From contig NC_045697.1 of NCBI RefSeq assembly GCF_009834535.1, positions 62,436,001 through 62,500,000 of the forward strand: DNA of 64,000 nucleotides, given 5' to 3'. The translations under genes and the position numbers were made by a program. Within the stretch, counting starts at the first letter, position 1. The number at the start of each line of letters is the position of its first letter. Of this stretch, positions 1 to 13,255 are shown piece by piece. The DNA comes from Camelus ferus (taxonomy: Eukaryota). The notes below the pieces were generated by a model. The model was not told the origin of the DNA. It ran no database searches and saw only the letters and a list, made by a program, of their open reading frames with translations.

Positions 1-929
1 TTCCTTTTAAGGATAAAGCTATACCATTAGGTCACCTTGGTTACTTGCTCATAAGTCAGCGTAAAATGGTTAAATAATAAAAGCCCAGATGGCTGTAGCA
101 GGGGCAATATTCAAATGAGACAGAGAAATTACCATTCAGTCATGGCTTTATAAAAAAGGGATAAGGGTTTTGGAGGTAGCTTTTTGAAAATTATTTCCCT
201 CCATAAATCCAGAATGGTTCCTGAATTCGTAACCACTGACGGTGCAGGGTGAGATGATGTGCTGAGGCAGCAGCCGGCATATTTTACAAAGCACAGACAC
301 TGGAGGAAAAAGGCAGCTCTAGCATTTATCAGTATATTTAAGTCCTCCCTTTCCTGACTGTCTTTTCCCCCAGATTGTGACTTCCAGGAGGATGATAACA
401 AGGGCTTTATCCTTTCTGTCTGTTTCTGGAATATCAAACTCACTATGGGCAAGCAGTACATCTGTACTGAACAGATGATTGAAGGAATAAATAACTTTTC
501 ATCACAACTTTGCTTCTCCTGGGACCACCTTTCAAAATGTACCTTGCTCATTTTCTTCCAGACTAAGTCGAGTATCTTTACTGACAAGGTGGTTTTATTG
601 ATCTTGTTTTTCTTCATTTACCATCTATTTATTTTATTACCAGGTTTAGCCCTTACTAGGAACTAAGGAGCCAGATTAAAAGAGGATCCCGCTATTATAA
701 TTGAGGTCAGAAATCTTGTGTCTTGCAAGGTCTGAATAGAGATGGTTGGATGTGGCATATAATTGAATTGCTATGTTTCTCAATCTGAATGCAGTCTTTT
801 CAAGGTGACTTTTCTACACCAGAACAATTAGAAATGTCGACATCCATCTGATGTAGAATTTTTCATTGCATAGCTTTTAAGAAATCCATAGAGCCACAAC
901 GTGAAGAAAGCAATAGTTCTCTTTTTTAA

Positions 930-1962
930 AAAATAAACTTTTAATTTAAAAATACTTGTAAACTTAACAGAAAAATTGCAAAGATAGTACAGAGAGTTCT
1001 AGTTCCCCTAAGATTAACATCTTAAGATACTATGGTACCTTTGTTACATTAAGAAAACAAGCTTGGTTTGTTACTGTTAACTGAACTGCAGACTTTGTTT
1101 CGATTTCACTAGTTTTTCCCTCAGGTCCATTTTCTGTGCCAGGATCCCCTCCAGGATAGCACATTGCGTCTAGTCATCACATCTCCCCAGTCTCCTCCAG
1201 TGTGGCAGTTTCTCCAGCTTTCCTTGGTTTTTATGTCCTTGTCAGTATTGAGGAATATTTTGTCGAGTGTCTCCCAATGTGGGTCTGTCTAATGTTTTTC
1301 TCATTTGTAGATTAGGGTAAGGGGCTTTAGGGAGGAAGACTAGAGAGGTGAATTCTCACCACATCACATCACATCAGGCTACATGCTGTGTCCGTGATTT
1401 AGCAGTAATGATATTCATCATCTGGCCAAGATAGTGCTTGCCAGGTGTCTCCACTGTGAGCTTACTTCCTCTGCCTATTTTCCTTGCTCTAAGGAATCAA
1501 GTCACTCGGTGTAGCCCACACTTAAAAGTAGGGGGTGATTTAAGCCCCACTTCCTGGAAAAGGGAGCATCCAAATAAATTATTTGAAATTCTTTCTAAGA
1601 AAGAGTTGTCTCTTCTCCCTCATTTGTTTATTGTATCATTTATTTGTATCGGTATGGACCTGAAATATTTATTCTATGCTTTGGGTTATCTTCCAGCTGT
1701 GCTATTTATTCTGTTGCTCAAATTATTCCAGTTCTGGCCATTTGGAGCTCTTTCACTTTGACTCCCTTTGACAGGCCCCATCCTTTCGTTCTCCGAGTAC
1801 TTCCTTACTTTCTGGTGCCCAGAACTTGCTCCTGATTTGTCTATTCCCTGCCTCAGTCTAGAGCCAGACAGTTCTCCAAATACTCCTGATTTTTTTTCTT
1901 TTTCTTTTTTTCTTTTTTTAACTGGAGAATGGTATCAGAACCCAAGATCTAGGCATCCGGTA
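930..1962 (-). mobile_element. Ancient L1 3' UTR (L1MC3/L1MD-like), 5'-truncated
   Basis: Recognisable L1MC/MD 3'UTR motifs in antisense (ttgcaaagatagtacagagagttc; caggatccc...caggatagcacattgc; ggagaatggtat...caagatct). Homologous to the copy at 48785-50282. Confidence 0.85.
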
Positions 1963-3134
1963 ATAGCTTTTTTTTTTTTTTTTTTTTTTTAAAGCACAAC
2001 TATTGAAGTTCCAGTAGCTACTAATATACCACTGTATTCGTTTATGCCTGGTATTTACCTAAGGGAAGAGTTTTGTTTTATGTATTAGATATATTTATTT
2101 GGGTTTTCTGTCTTACATTATTTTCTTTAGTTTGGTTTACTGTTTTATTTCCTTTTGAATTCTTATAAGGCGTATGGGATTGTGGATTATGGTGGGCGTA
2201 GGTTTGGCAGCAGGAAACACCTCATTTTGAAAATGAACTTATCCCTGGGTTAGTTTTCTCCAGTAGAACTGCTTTCTGGCTGTTAAGTTGTGCAGAGCTT
2301 CCTGGGTTGAAGAGGCCTGTTACATATTTCGATATATAAAGTATATTGATTTGGTGAATTAATCATATTTAGAGTTTGGTTCCCTTTCATTCCTGCTGTT
2401 TTATCAGAGAAAGAGCTGATCTGTCTTTCAGGAGCAGGCTCCTGTTCTTCAAGCTCATAGAAAGTGGTACACTTCCATAATTCTGATTTATTCATTTATA
2501 GTAAGAAATGCAATGATAAGCAAACTGGAATGCTTATATTAGTAGAATCCTTCCTATCAAATGTGATACTCAGGAAGCAATAGTACAGTGAGAAGCCTTT
2601 CTGGTGAGCATGGTTCAAAACAAGGGCAATTTCACAATTTTCCTGTCAAATGGCATGCCGTCAAAGTAACCTAACGTTCCATCTCTCTGGCAAGACCATC
2701 ACTGCCTCCAGGAGTAGAAAATTCCAGATGGGCATAGCCTGTTTCTCGCAGTTTGAGTTTTTTCTTTGGTCCTTTGGGGTGGCAGTTCCTCCTTTTAGCA
2801 GTGACTCACAACACAGTACATGCACGTGGAGAATTTTCTCATTGCAAAATTTCAATCTTATGCCAATTATACCTTTTCTGAAGATAACTGCCTGGTAACC
2901 AAGATTTTGATGTTTACAAATTCTTCAGTCACACATTAAAAAGAAAGAAAATATGTATTATCAATTTGGGGTTTAATTCTATAAAAGGCATAAACAGATA
3001 TTGCGTATAGATTTTCCTAGTTTAATCCAGACAGAGCAAATTTTTCCATTTCCCCTAATTCTACTCCCCAGACACCTTTTCTCTACCTCCATACTCCTTC
3101 TCCGGGGAGAGGCACTTTTCTGTTGTTTGCATGT

Positions 3135-3315
3135 AATTGTGTGACCATGGATAAGTTACTTAACTTCCAAAATCCTGTATTTTCTTATCTGTGAAATGAA
3201 AAAAAGTAATACCACTCTGAAGGCTGATGTATAAATTAAAGTCTCATTTAAAATATATCAAATGTCTTTAAAAAAATTACTGGCAAATAGTAAGCATTCA
3301 GTAAAGGTTAGCTGC
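3135..3315 (+). mobile_element. MIR SINE
   Basis: Core motif tgtgtgaccatggataagttacttaac...ttatctgtgaaatg and 3' tail tggcaaatagtaagcattcagtaaaggttagct. Confidence 0.8.
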
Positions 3316-4989
3316 AACCAGTAGCCAAAAATATCCCCAAACAGCAGCTTAAAACTGTAGTCAACATTTCAAATGCTGAAGTAACAATCTTCACCCTGAC
3401 TTAGTGCTGCCCTGTTAAAGTGGTGTGGAGAAGCCAGCATTTATCTAGTGAATAAAGACATACATTAGGCTAACATATTCTTGGAGGTTGAATTCTCCAC
3501 ATCAGTCATCATTGCTGCATAGATGCAGCAATTAATTCCTAAGATTTTTTAAACAAATGAAACTGATAAAAACTAAGTGTAGTTCTTCCTAAACAGGTAT
3601 TAATACTCAATAAAAGTGACTAGTAAGGATTTCCCAGTGTAGATTGTGTCCATTAAGATTTTTCTGTGTTAGAAGAAAGCCTTTATATTCATAAATTGAT
3701 AAATACATGCACATGCTACTATTTTAACCTGATCATTTCAATTAGACAAACTGGCTTTTTTTTTTTTTTTTTTTGAGACAGTTCTCTTTGGAAATTAAAT
3801 GACTAGACAACAGAACAACAGGGGATATAGTTAAAAATGGCCTTCTTTTATTGCTGTGTCAGAAATGCAGTACTGTAATGAGGAAGGCCTTGACAGAATG
3901 TCATCGACTTGGATTACTGTGCACATGGCAATCTGTCATTCGGGTCCTCTGGAGAGCCAAGGAGAAGGCTGTTGTGCATTATGTTTATGTGAAGAGATAT
4001 TCACCAAAGGTTATGCTTGACATCCAGAAGGGTCTCTTGGTGGATCTTGAATTTCATCTATTTCATTAACCAGATATTGGCTGTTAAAATTACTAGGGCT
4101 GCAGGAGGACCCACCCAAGTGTGGTCACTGGTGTCTCCTCCCTGTGGGGCAGACTATATCTTGGAAGCTTATCTGTTCCCCAAACCAGGGGCTGTGGGGC
4201 ACACAGCTGTGTCCTACAATTAAAAATCACTCATGCTTGGTTCTTTAGGGGGAATAATTGCTTGTTTTCAGTCCCCAAGTTTAAATTCACCTCTCATTTG
4301 AACTCATTTCTCCTGTTTTTTCGGTCTGATTAAACCCTGAATGCAGGCTGGAGTGTCATGGTCATATTCTGCTCTGTCCCCTCCCCAGTTTGGTTCTCTT
4401 AACACTGACTGCAGTCTTTGACTCTAACCATATTTTCTGCCTTGTGTAGGTTTGGACAGCAACTCCCTGTCCTTTATCCTTACCCACTTTGAACTTCTGA
4501 AATTTAACTTTGGGCTCCTACAGAAAAAAGATCCTTGGCTTTGACCTTATCACCCTGAAAAACAGGCTCAGGATCCACAACCTTGGCCATTTGAGCCACT
4601 CTTCCACATGGATAACTGAGTCTCATGCCAGCACTGGGCAAATGATGTCTCACATATTATACATGATACAGGTTATGGGGTAGTGGTTCTTTTTGGAGGC
4701 TCATGAACACTTCTTTCCTGAAAAAATCAGGAAAAAGCTAGAAACTATGTTATTGCCAAATTGATTTTTACATCTCAGAGATTTTTGTACAAAGTTATAC
4801 ATTGGTAAACACAGTAATTAAGTTTATTTTTTTTAAAGAACAAATACAATTATCTTTAATTCCTTTCCTTTTTATATTTTTCAAACTCACATAACTTCTA
4901 TGATAATTATCCTGAGGTGATAATTATTCTGATTTCAATATTGATAAAGATATTAAATGAGAAATAGAAAAATGCATATCTTTAAATCA

Positions 4990-5110
4990 ATGACATATAG
5001 TAATAAGATCTACCTTTTAGAACTGCCATAAGTATCATATGGGTTTATGCATGTAAAGCACTTTATTCAGTGTTTTGCTCTTGAAGTGTGCAATTATCTG
5101 TTTTATTATT
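4990..5110 (+). mobile_element. MIR 3' fragment
   Basis: taataagatctacc...atgcatgtaaagcacttt...ttattatt resembles the MIR tail. Confidence 0.5.
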
Positions 5111-6084
5111 TCATTTCATACTTATAAAATTAATGGTTTGTATCATATGACTAACTACAGTGTCCTTACCAAATTTTAAATCTTTACTCTGAATTTTATG
5201 CAAAGTAGGCTCTCTGATGTATCTATGATATTGCACACTCATTACTCAAAAATATTAAATGTGTAAAATGTGGATAGAACATATATGTTATATATACATA
5301 TGTAATAACAAGACATAAAAATGGCATATAGTATATCAGGTGATAATAGGTACAGGAAAAGCAGGGTAAGGGGACGAAGGGAGAAAACCAGAATGCAGTC
5401 CTATCTTAGAAAAGGTTGATTTGAAAAGACCTCTCTGGTTAGGTGATGTGTGCACAGGTATCTGGTTGACATGAGAGAGTAAGCCTTGTGGACATCCAAG
5501 GGGAGAGTGTTCTTCTTTTGTTTCTAAGAAATATATCCAAAGCATATTATGATTCTTGAGGTCAAGTTGGTAATTCCTTAGTGTCCAGGTCAATAAAAAG
5601 TTTACCTCTCTGCTTTCAGAGCAACAGGGAAGCTATTTAACCTTCCCTTAATCACCTGTGATACGTGAACTGGCTCATGTCCAAGAAGATTCATTTTGAA
5701 ACAAAAACTCCTCAGTAGTTATATTCACAGGATAGATTTTCAACTGGTAAGAAAGTTGTCTCTCAGATGACTGGCTTAGATCATTAGATATCACTAGTAG
5801 ATTTTTGTTACCAGATAAATGTTAGCTTGTATGATTGATATTGACTACGTCTTCATGAAACCAAAACAATCAAATGTATGTGAAATATCTGGTCCCTTTG
5901 TTGTGTATATTAATCTCATTGCCTGATCACTTGCCTCATTGAAGCCAAGTAGCCAGAAGACTGGTTAAAAAGAGAGATGGTATATTTATTATTGATCAGA
6001 ATAGAACAATGGAAAGTTTGTAGAAATCATTAATTTATCAACCTATTGATTCATTAATTCTGTAAATATTTATGAATTATGTGA

Positions 6085-6200
6085 AAATCATCACATCAAG
6101 AGAAGCATATTTGAATTCTAACCCAAGTACTGTTACTAATGAGCTATGTGATCTGTCAAAATAGCTTCTTTCTGGGTCTTGTATTTCTCAGCAGTTCAAA
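6085..6200 (+). mobile_element. MIR fragment
   Basis: ttgaattctaacc...tactaatgagctatgtgatct...tctgggtcttgtatttctca. Confidence 0.5.
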
Positions 6201-6480
6201 AATATGTATTTATTAAGCCCATTCCGTATGCCAGGCTTCGTGCCTGGTATTAAGGAAACAGAAATGAGTAAGACACCATCGTGAGGGAGACAGATATGCA
6301 GACAATTAAAGCATGCATGTTAAAAGTGCATCCAAGCTTTCTGTTTAAAGAAAAAACAGTGCTAGCGATTAATCTACCAGGGGAAATAGGATTAGGAAAG
6401 ACTTCAGAGAAAAAACGTTTAAGAATAAATAAGAGTCAGTTTGACAAAAAGGTGGAAGAAAGTCATCTTACACAGCTTGT
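6200..6480 (-). mobile_element. L2 3' end fragment
   Basis: tatttattaagccc...tatgccaggc..tgtgcctgg...aatgagtaagaca...gggagacaga pattern, the antisense L2 tail. Confidence 0.65.
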
Positions 6481-7449
6481 TAAGGGCAGCTTAAGGTTTC
6501 ATGGTTTTAGCAATATACCTTTTGAACTTTTAGGAAAAGACATGGGGCTAGATGCCAACAATATCAATTAACCATTAAAAGTGATATTCAGGTGCTTTGA
6601 GAATGTTGGCAGCCTCATAAATTAAACTTCTTATCACATAGATATTTAAAAATTCTGTTTGGGATTTTCTTTGGCCTTTATACATCTCCAACTAGGAGTG
6701 TTTCTGCTTGAAACGTAAGACTCCCTTTATCATAAAATAGCTTACTTCCACTAAGTCATTTGACTAATAGTTCATAATAATGTCTTGATTTTATCTTTTG
6801 CTTCCATAGCTATTTAGATATAAAAATACTGCCTCATTATGTGTAAGTTCACTTAAAATGTATATTTCTGTTTCTCTCACCATATGGATTTTTGTGAAAT
6901 ACAGAACTAACCTCTATAGCTTTTACTACAGTATTGATATATACTTTATTCCATCAATGACTGCTGTTTTGTTTGACACTATAGAATTCACTTTTTAAAC
7001 ATATAAATCTTCCTAAGCCACACTCCCCCCCTGCACCCCGCCAAGTTATCAGTGGAGGCATTTGGATTCACAAAGATTCTGACCAAAGATTACCCAACAT
7101 TTTCTCTTATCTTACAATAGGGTGTATCCCCTTGAGATAAGACCTCTTCCAGCACTAAGACTGCTCAGCTGAATGGATTTTTTGGTTGGCTGAACTCACA
7201 GACACTTAGACATATCAACAGAAGAGACTGCTTTATCCCATGACTGTATCAAATAGCTATCGTTAGGATGTAAAGATCTCAGTCAATCAGGACTCAATTG
7301 TCTAAAAAAATTTGATTTCTCTTTAAGAGTCATTTAGAACAGACTTGAGGACACAGAGCCATCCTTGTTCAATAAGAGATGAAGATGGCTATGAGATTAA
7401 AGGGACTTTTACCTCAGTGGAATATGAGAGGAAGAATGGGAGTAGATCT

Positions 7450-7625
7450 CAGACTAATAGAATTTTAGTGTAGGAAGAGCCCTTAGGAATAGCTAAGCAA
7501 AAGCTCTCACTGCACATATGAGAAAACTAAAGTGCAGAAATGTTAGATGTCTTCCAAAAACCATGCAGCCAGTTTTCCTATAAAGGGTCAGGAAGTGCAT
7601 TTAGTGCAGGATTCAAATTTAGACT
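7450..7625 (-). mobile_element. MIR/MIR3 fragment
   Basis: atagaattttag...cccttagg...atatgagaaaactaaagtgcagaaatgttag, the antisense MIR core. Confidence 0.6.
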
Positions 7626-10140
7626 TTTGCCATTACTTACAAATTAATGTATATAAGTACATATTAAGCTACAATAATAACACTGAAATAGTTCATCGTG
7701 CAAATTCAAATGTGTCACAATTTCTATAATCCTGCTCCCTTCACAATTTAAATAGGCATCCTCCTCTCACTTTTCATATCCTTTCCCAATATCCTGGAAA
7801 TTAACAGATGTACATTTTAATCATTATTTTGGTCACTATCTACTTGGAAATAAACCTAATGATGCTATCTTAAAAATATGAGTTTTGGAGGAAACACGCA
7901 CAGGAAAAATATGGGAAAACATATCTGTAGGCAAACTGGAACCAGAAAGTCTTTAGAGCTATAAAAAATAAGTTCAGTGTATACCAATGATGTAATCAGA
8001 TTGAAAGAAAAAGCAAGACAAACATGGTGATGAGTAATTCATTAATATGTGAGAACTCTGAATAATCCTTCATGGGTACTTGACTAGAGTGGCAAGGATG
8101 ACTCTTTTCACAGATACTCTTCTGGAGTGAAGTGGGGGCTGGTTAACCACTGGGGGTCTTAGATGCATATTTATCAAGACCCCACTGCTGCTCCTGCGAT
8201 GGCTGGGTAATAGAGGGAGAATGACAGCACAATCAGCAATTCCAAACGCACCATGAACAGTGACAGGAATTCTGTAGGAGTAAACACATGAAGCCAAGGG
8301 CTAAAACCTTCAATGAGTATAGGGAGTAACCAGGTAAATGGCAGATGCCCACGAAAATGAAAGATAGTGTAAGGATGACATCTGCTTCAAGTAGGTTGGA
8401 TTCTTTGCTTATTTCTTTTAATGGCAAGGGGAGGAGCACTGATCCGGAAGCCATGATGGGGAGCAAGGAGGCTGCCAGCCCCTCCTGCCCATCGTGTTAC
8501 GTGGGAAGAGGAGAGCATTCTTTACTTTCGAGGCCTGTGGGGAAGGTAGTGTCCTCAGCAAGTAGCCAGGCTCAACAGAAGAGAAAGTTACAGGAACGTT
8601 CAGAGGACTTAAGGATACAAGCTTGTTTGCAGATGCCATCCTGGAGGGCACAGTGAGTGGAAAGGCAGCTGGGGTGGGAGGTTGAGGAGGCTATGGGGTT
8701 TATACAGAGGGAGATAAGAGTATGGAAGACTAGGAGCTCTTGTGTCGAAGGAAGAAGATTGTAAATGCAAAGAGGCTAGTCTGTATGATTTCTTACAAGG
8801 AAGAACAATAGTGAATAAAGAGTAACTGCAGTCTCCTTCTAGCTGCTGGTCTCTCTGGCTGTTAGAGGGTGAGACAGGCAACGTTTTGAAATGGGGCAGG
8901 GAAGCAGAGGGGCTGTTCTTGCAGGACTGTGTGGATCTCCGTTGGATTCTTACAGCTCCTGCTAAGGAACCATGCATTCCTTATCATTATAATCCCAGCG
9001 TCTAGGACAATCATGGGCAATCCATCTTTGTAATAAAGACAAATAGATAACAACAATAAAAGGCAGAATAAAGGAGTGATGTAAGAAACATCTTGACAAA
9101 GCAATTGAGGGAAAAAAAGAGAGCAAAATGGTCATATTAAGAATTCAGGGAAAGATGGCAGAAAGTGATGGCCTGGCTGTAGGCCCTGACAGGTCAAATT
9201 ATGACACGGCACCTGTGGTGGATCTGACTCTGCTGATGTAGTGACTGAGGGTGGCCATGTGTGTGTCCAACCGTCTGACGTGGATTGCTTCCAGGCATTC
9301 TGCCTACATCTGTATATGTTCAATAATGTGAAATGAAGAGATTTGGTCATCCCAAATTGCTGTGGGTGTTTTCTTTTTTTATTTCTCAAGAGATAAGGAG
9401 CTAAAAATGAACAAACAAGTAGCAAAAATTGAAAAGCCAAATCATCTCATCTTTTGTCTTCTTTAAAAGGCAACTGGAGCCCATCTGGAAAGGTATCAAG
9501 GGTATAGATGAAAAGAATTGGAAGATTATTTCTATTATTTCTCCAAGGAAATAACTGGCATTAAAAAATTAGCTTCACCTTCTAGACAGGTTTCAGTAAA
9601 GCTTCAATATTGTATAAAACACCATGCTCAGTCAGCCTCCTCATATGTACTATTTAGTCAGGGAGGGCCCGAGGGCCTGTCCAGATGCAGAATGGTTTCC
9701 TCTTGCTATCAGGGCAGGAAACTAATAGCTCAATACTTTCAATTTGGATTTGCTCCTTTGCTCTAGTTTTCAATAAAACTATAGCCATAGGCTATTTTTA
9801 TAAAATTCCTAAGTGGGTACAAAATTACTTTAACTTTAAGGGTTCTTCCCCACACTGAGATTCACTTCACCTCAAGTTTTTCTATTAGTCTAGATATAAT
9901 CTGTGATGGAAAAGATTCCTTCTTCACAGATAGGAACATAAATGAAGAAATTTCGGGAGTCCTCTTATCAATTAGATCTTTGACTTTGGAAGAATTGTTC
10001 CAGACTTGGAGACTCATGAATAAAGGTGAATAATGCTCACCCCTGTCCCCTCCAGGGACAAGTGTGCAAGCCACCTGAAAGGAAAAAAAGATACTTTCTC
10101 CATCTGGTTATTTGTCTTTATCTTCAATATTATAGGAAAA

Positions 10141-10652
10141 AATAGTTAACTCTTGCTGAGGAATACATTATCCTAAAATGTAACAGTATAAAATAACAAA
10201 GATTTATTATCACCCAGTTTTTGAGGCTCAAGAATCTGAAAGGGTGAGGAATCTGGCTGGTTCTGGCTGAGACTCTGGTGAGGCTGCAGAGAACTTCTGG
10301 CAGGAGCTGGGTCATTTCCAGGCCCCTCCTGCGGCTGCAGGACCCACTGCCAAGCGGTTGCCACTTTCGTTCCTCCTCGGCTGTTCGCTGGAGGCCTCCG
10401 TTCCCTGCCAAGTGAGTCACTTTGTAGGTTGCCTGAGTCTTTATGACATGATGATGGTTTTCCTCAGAGCAAGTGAGCTCTCCCTTAGAGACAGAACCCA
10501 AGGCAGAAGCTGTAGTCTATTATCACCTTTAATCACCATACCCCCGTTGGTCACACAAGCCAACTCTGGCACAGCATGGAAGGCAACTCCCCAAGGATGT
10601 CAGCACCAGGAGGCAGGGGTCACTGGGGTCCACCCTGGAGTCTAGCTGTCAC
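10141..10652 (-). mobile_element. MaLR solo LTR (MLT1F-like)
   Basis: Antisense MLT1 features: aaataacaaagatttattatcacccag...ctggttctggctgag...gctggaggcctccgttcc...cctcagagcaagtga...caccaggaggcaggggtcactgggg. Confidence 0.8.
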
Positions 10653-11008
10653 TAATATTAATTCAACTTACTGCTCTGTTGTAAAAGAATTGCGTATTTT
10701 GGTATATACAGAAATGGAGACTTAGAGAAAAAAATGTATAGCTACATGAGATGATCCCGGTTACATTGTTGGTATGTGCATATCTATCCAGGGAGTTGCT
10801 TTGCATATTTTGATCGCATGGTACATACAAAAGGGTTAAAATATCAAATTAATTCCTTCCGTTCCAGACAGTTGTTTCATTATAGAATTTTTACTTTTGT
10901 CCAGAAATGAGATTCCTTCCTTTCTCTGTGTATAAATTACTCACTTGTACTGAGGCACATTTGGCAACTTTAGTTCCTAAATCTGCGTTACAAAGGGCCT
11001 GGCCCAGT

Positions 11009-11024
11009 CCCCTGACGTCAGGGG
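11009..11024. promoter_or_regulatory. Full CRE (TGACGTCA, 11013-11020) inside a perfect 16-bp palindrome CCCCTGACGTCAGGGG
   Basis: Exact motif seen in apparently non-repeat DNA with its CpG intact. Function not shown. Confidence 0.4.
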
Positions 11025-11604
11025 CTGTGTGGGCAGGAACACTCTCAGTCTCTTCACCATCTCTTTGTTTTCTATTTTGGCAGGAAACCCTGGCTGAGCA
11101 ACAAGGACAGAGTAAACCTTTTCACCACTGGCCTTGGATTGAGGGTGCTGGAGGGCAGAAACTAGGAGGAAGGGCAAACCTAGAAATAGATAATAAATGA
11201 TCTGGAAAAGCTGAAATGGGTCCACAATGAAGATGAAAGGCAGAACACTTGAAAGTGTCTCCTTCCCAGAGGGCAGAACTAACCCAGGCCTATTGCCTGC
11301 AGGACTTCCCCTTTGTGAGCTCTGGAAGGCCCGTCTAGGCAACAGCTAACAGGGAAGGGGCAGGGGGACAGAGCAGCTGGAATTCACCTGTCTGGGTGTT
11401 CTGCTTGGGTGAATTCCCGGTCTCTCCAGGCAAGGCTAGAGGTAGAATTAGTGGAGAAACCATGGTGCATTATGTCATTTCCCATGGATCTTTTGTTGTG
11501 TTTTCTGCTTCTATTTTTGGAAAAATAATGTTTTTTTCCCTCATAAAAATAAAACTTTCTAGTTTTTTATGATAGATATTAATGCTAAACATTGACTTGG
11601 TGTT

Positions 11605-11790
11605 AAGTAATAGCAGCTGATGTTTAGTCTGTGAAACTATTTTAAGTATTTAAAATGTTTTATTTAATCCAACCAATATGACAATGCTACTTTTATCTCC
11701 TTTCTAAGGATGAGGAAAGTGGGACACACAGTATTAAGTAACCTGCCCCAAGTCCCTAAGCTGTGAGTGTCAAAGTCTAGCTCCCAAGGG
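11605..11790 (-). mobile_element. MIR SINE
   Basis: taatagcagctgatgttta...ggatgaggaaagtggg...ttaagtaacctgccccaagtc. Confidence 0.7.
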
Positions 11791-13054
11791 AGCAACACCT
11801 TTATCCTCCCAATGTGTCCAATGATGGAGCTTGTAGTCAAACCAGGGTTTATCTAGTCTTCTCTAGTGCTCATGTCCTTATGTTCTCAGGGTAAGAGAAC
11901 AAATGACTTTGTGGTGGGCAGCAGACGTATGGAGAGTCTTCATGTTACGTCCATGTAAATTATACCAAAAAAAAAAAAAAAAAAGTTTAAACAGACCATA
12001 CTAACTTTTGGTTTAGTTATCATATGATTTCTTGATTTCCTTAAGGTTTATCTTCAATCATTTTGGGTCTCAGATTTCAAAGCAGTACTCATTTTCATAA
12101 TTTGATTCCAGAGAAGATCTGAAGTGTGATTGTGAAGGAACAAAAGTTACTTCTGATAGGATGTCTGGACTCATCAGCGTAACTCAGTATAGAGTAGAAA
12201 GTAGAGATACGCTGCTCTTGATGAACACTTTTCCACAGGTGTGTGAATACACACATAAGAATGTGTAAATGCACGCACGATGAGGGCACACGATCTTGGC
12301 TGGGCTGGTAAATGTGAAATCACTGATGGGTAAATCTAACGGTAAGTTCTATGTTTGCCTGCAGATATTCAAGGGGAGGTTAGGCACAGGAGAAAGAATA
12401 ATGTTATTCCTATGTTTTTAATATTGCATTCATACAAAAGGACTTTAAAAGCTTTCACATGTGTTCATTAATGAAAGAAAGCTGTAGATTAAGATTCTTT
12501 GTAATGGCATAAATTCTACAATATTTTTGCTCAATAATGTATTTATGTGGTCATACTTAAATATTGTTATGTCTGATGTTTTGCAACATAAAAAAATCTT
12601 GGAATGAACCCAAAATGACAGGAAAGAGTAGGAATTTATGTCATTTTCAATTCTGTTTCTTGGCTCAGGTCTTCCCTAACATAGACATAAACAGCTTATC
12701 TGAAACTAGAATACTGAACTTTCTGGAAGCAGGTTTTGTGACTAAATAGGCTCACACAATTTCCTTTCTGAAAGACAGCCATTTATATACAACCAAGAGT
12801 AGGTTGACAAGGGAAAAGCACTAAGAATGTTACATGTTTTTAAGTCAGTACTTCTGTTGCTCATGGATAAACTATAGTGAGGTTAAATATTTCAGGTCAG
12901 TCCTCGCCATAATTATAAAGATGGAAAGTTTCCTTCAGCATATTCCTACTTCTCCTTTCTCTTTTCTTTTTCTTCTTTGGGTTGTAGTCTTCTCTTTTCT
13001 TTCCCAACCACTATTACCCTAAATACCCCTGCCCCCTTCCCCTCCAGAGGTATA

Positions 13055-13255
13055 TATAATGACCAAAGATTGGACTTTGTAAGGAAAACCTCTATCTTCA
13101 AGTCCTGACTCTAGAACCTATTGCTTTAGCTGATTCACTTGATTTCTCTGAGATCCTTTCCTTATTTGCAAGCTGGGATAAATACTAGTTAATTTACAAA
13201 GTTGTCAGGATTCCCAAACGATGCTGGTGAAATGTCTGCTACATAGTAGCTCTGA
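13055..13255 (+). mobile_element. MIR SINE (degenerate)
   Basis: tggactttg...ttcaagtcctgactct...tttctctgag...tttccttatttgcaa...tgctacatagtag. Confidence 0.55.

Noticed and set aside
129..617. 162-aa minus-strand ORF, the longest outside a repeat
   Set aside because: No recognisable domain or gene context. An ORF of this length is plausible by chance in 64 kb.
8070..9440. Cluster of overlapping ORFs on both strands
   Set aside because: No recognisable protein. Higher local GC explains the scarcity of stops.
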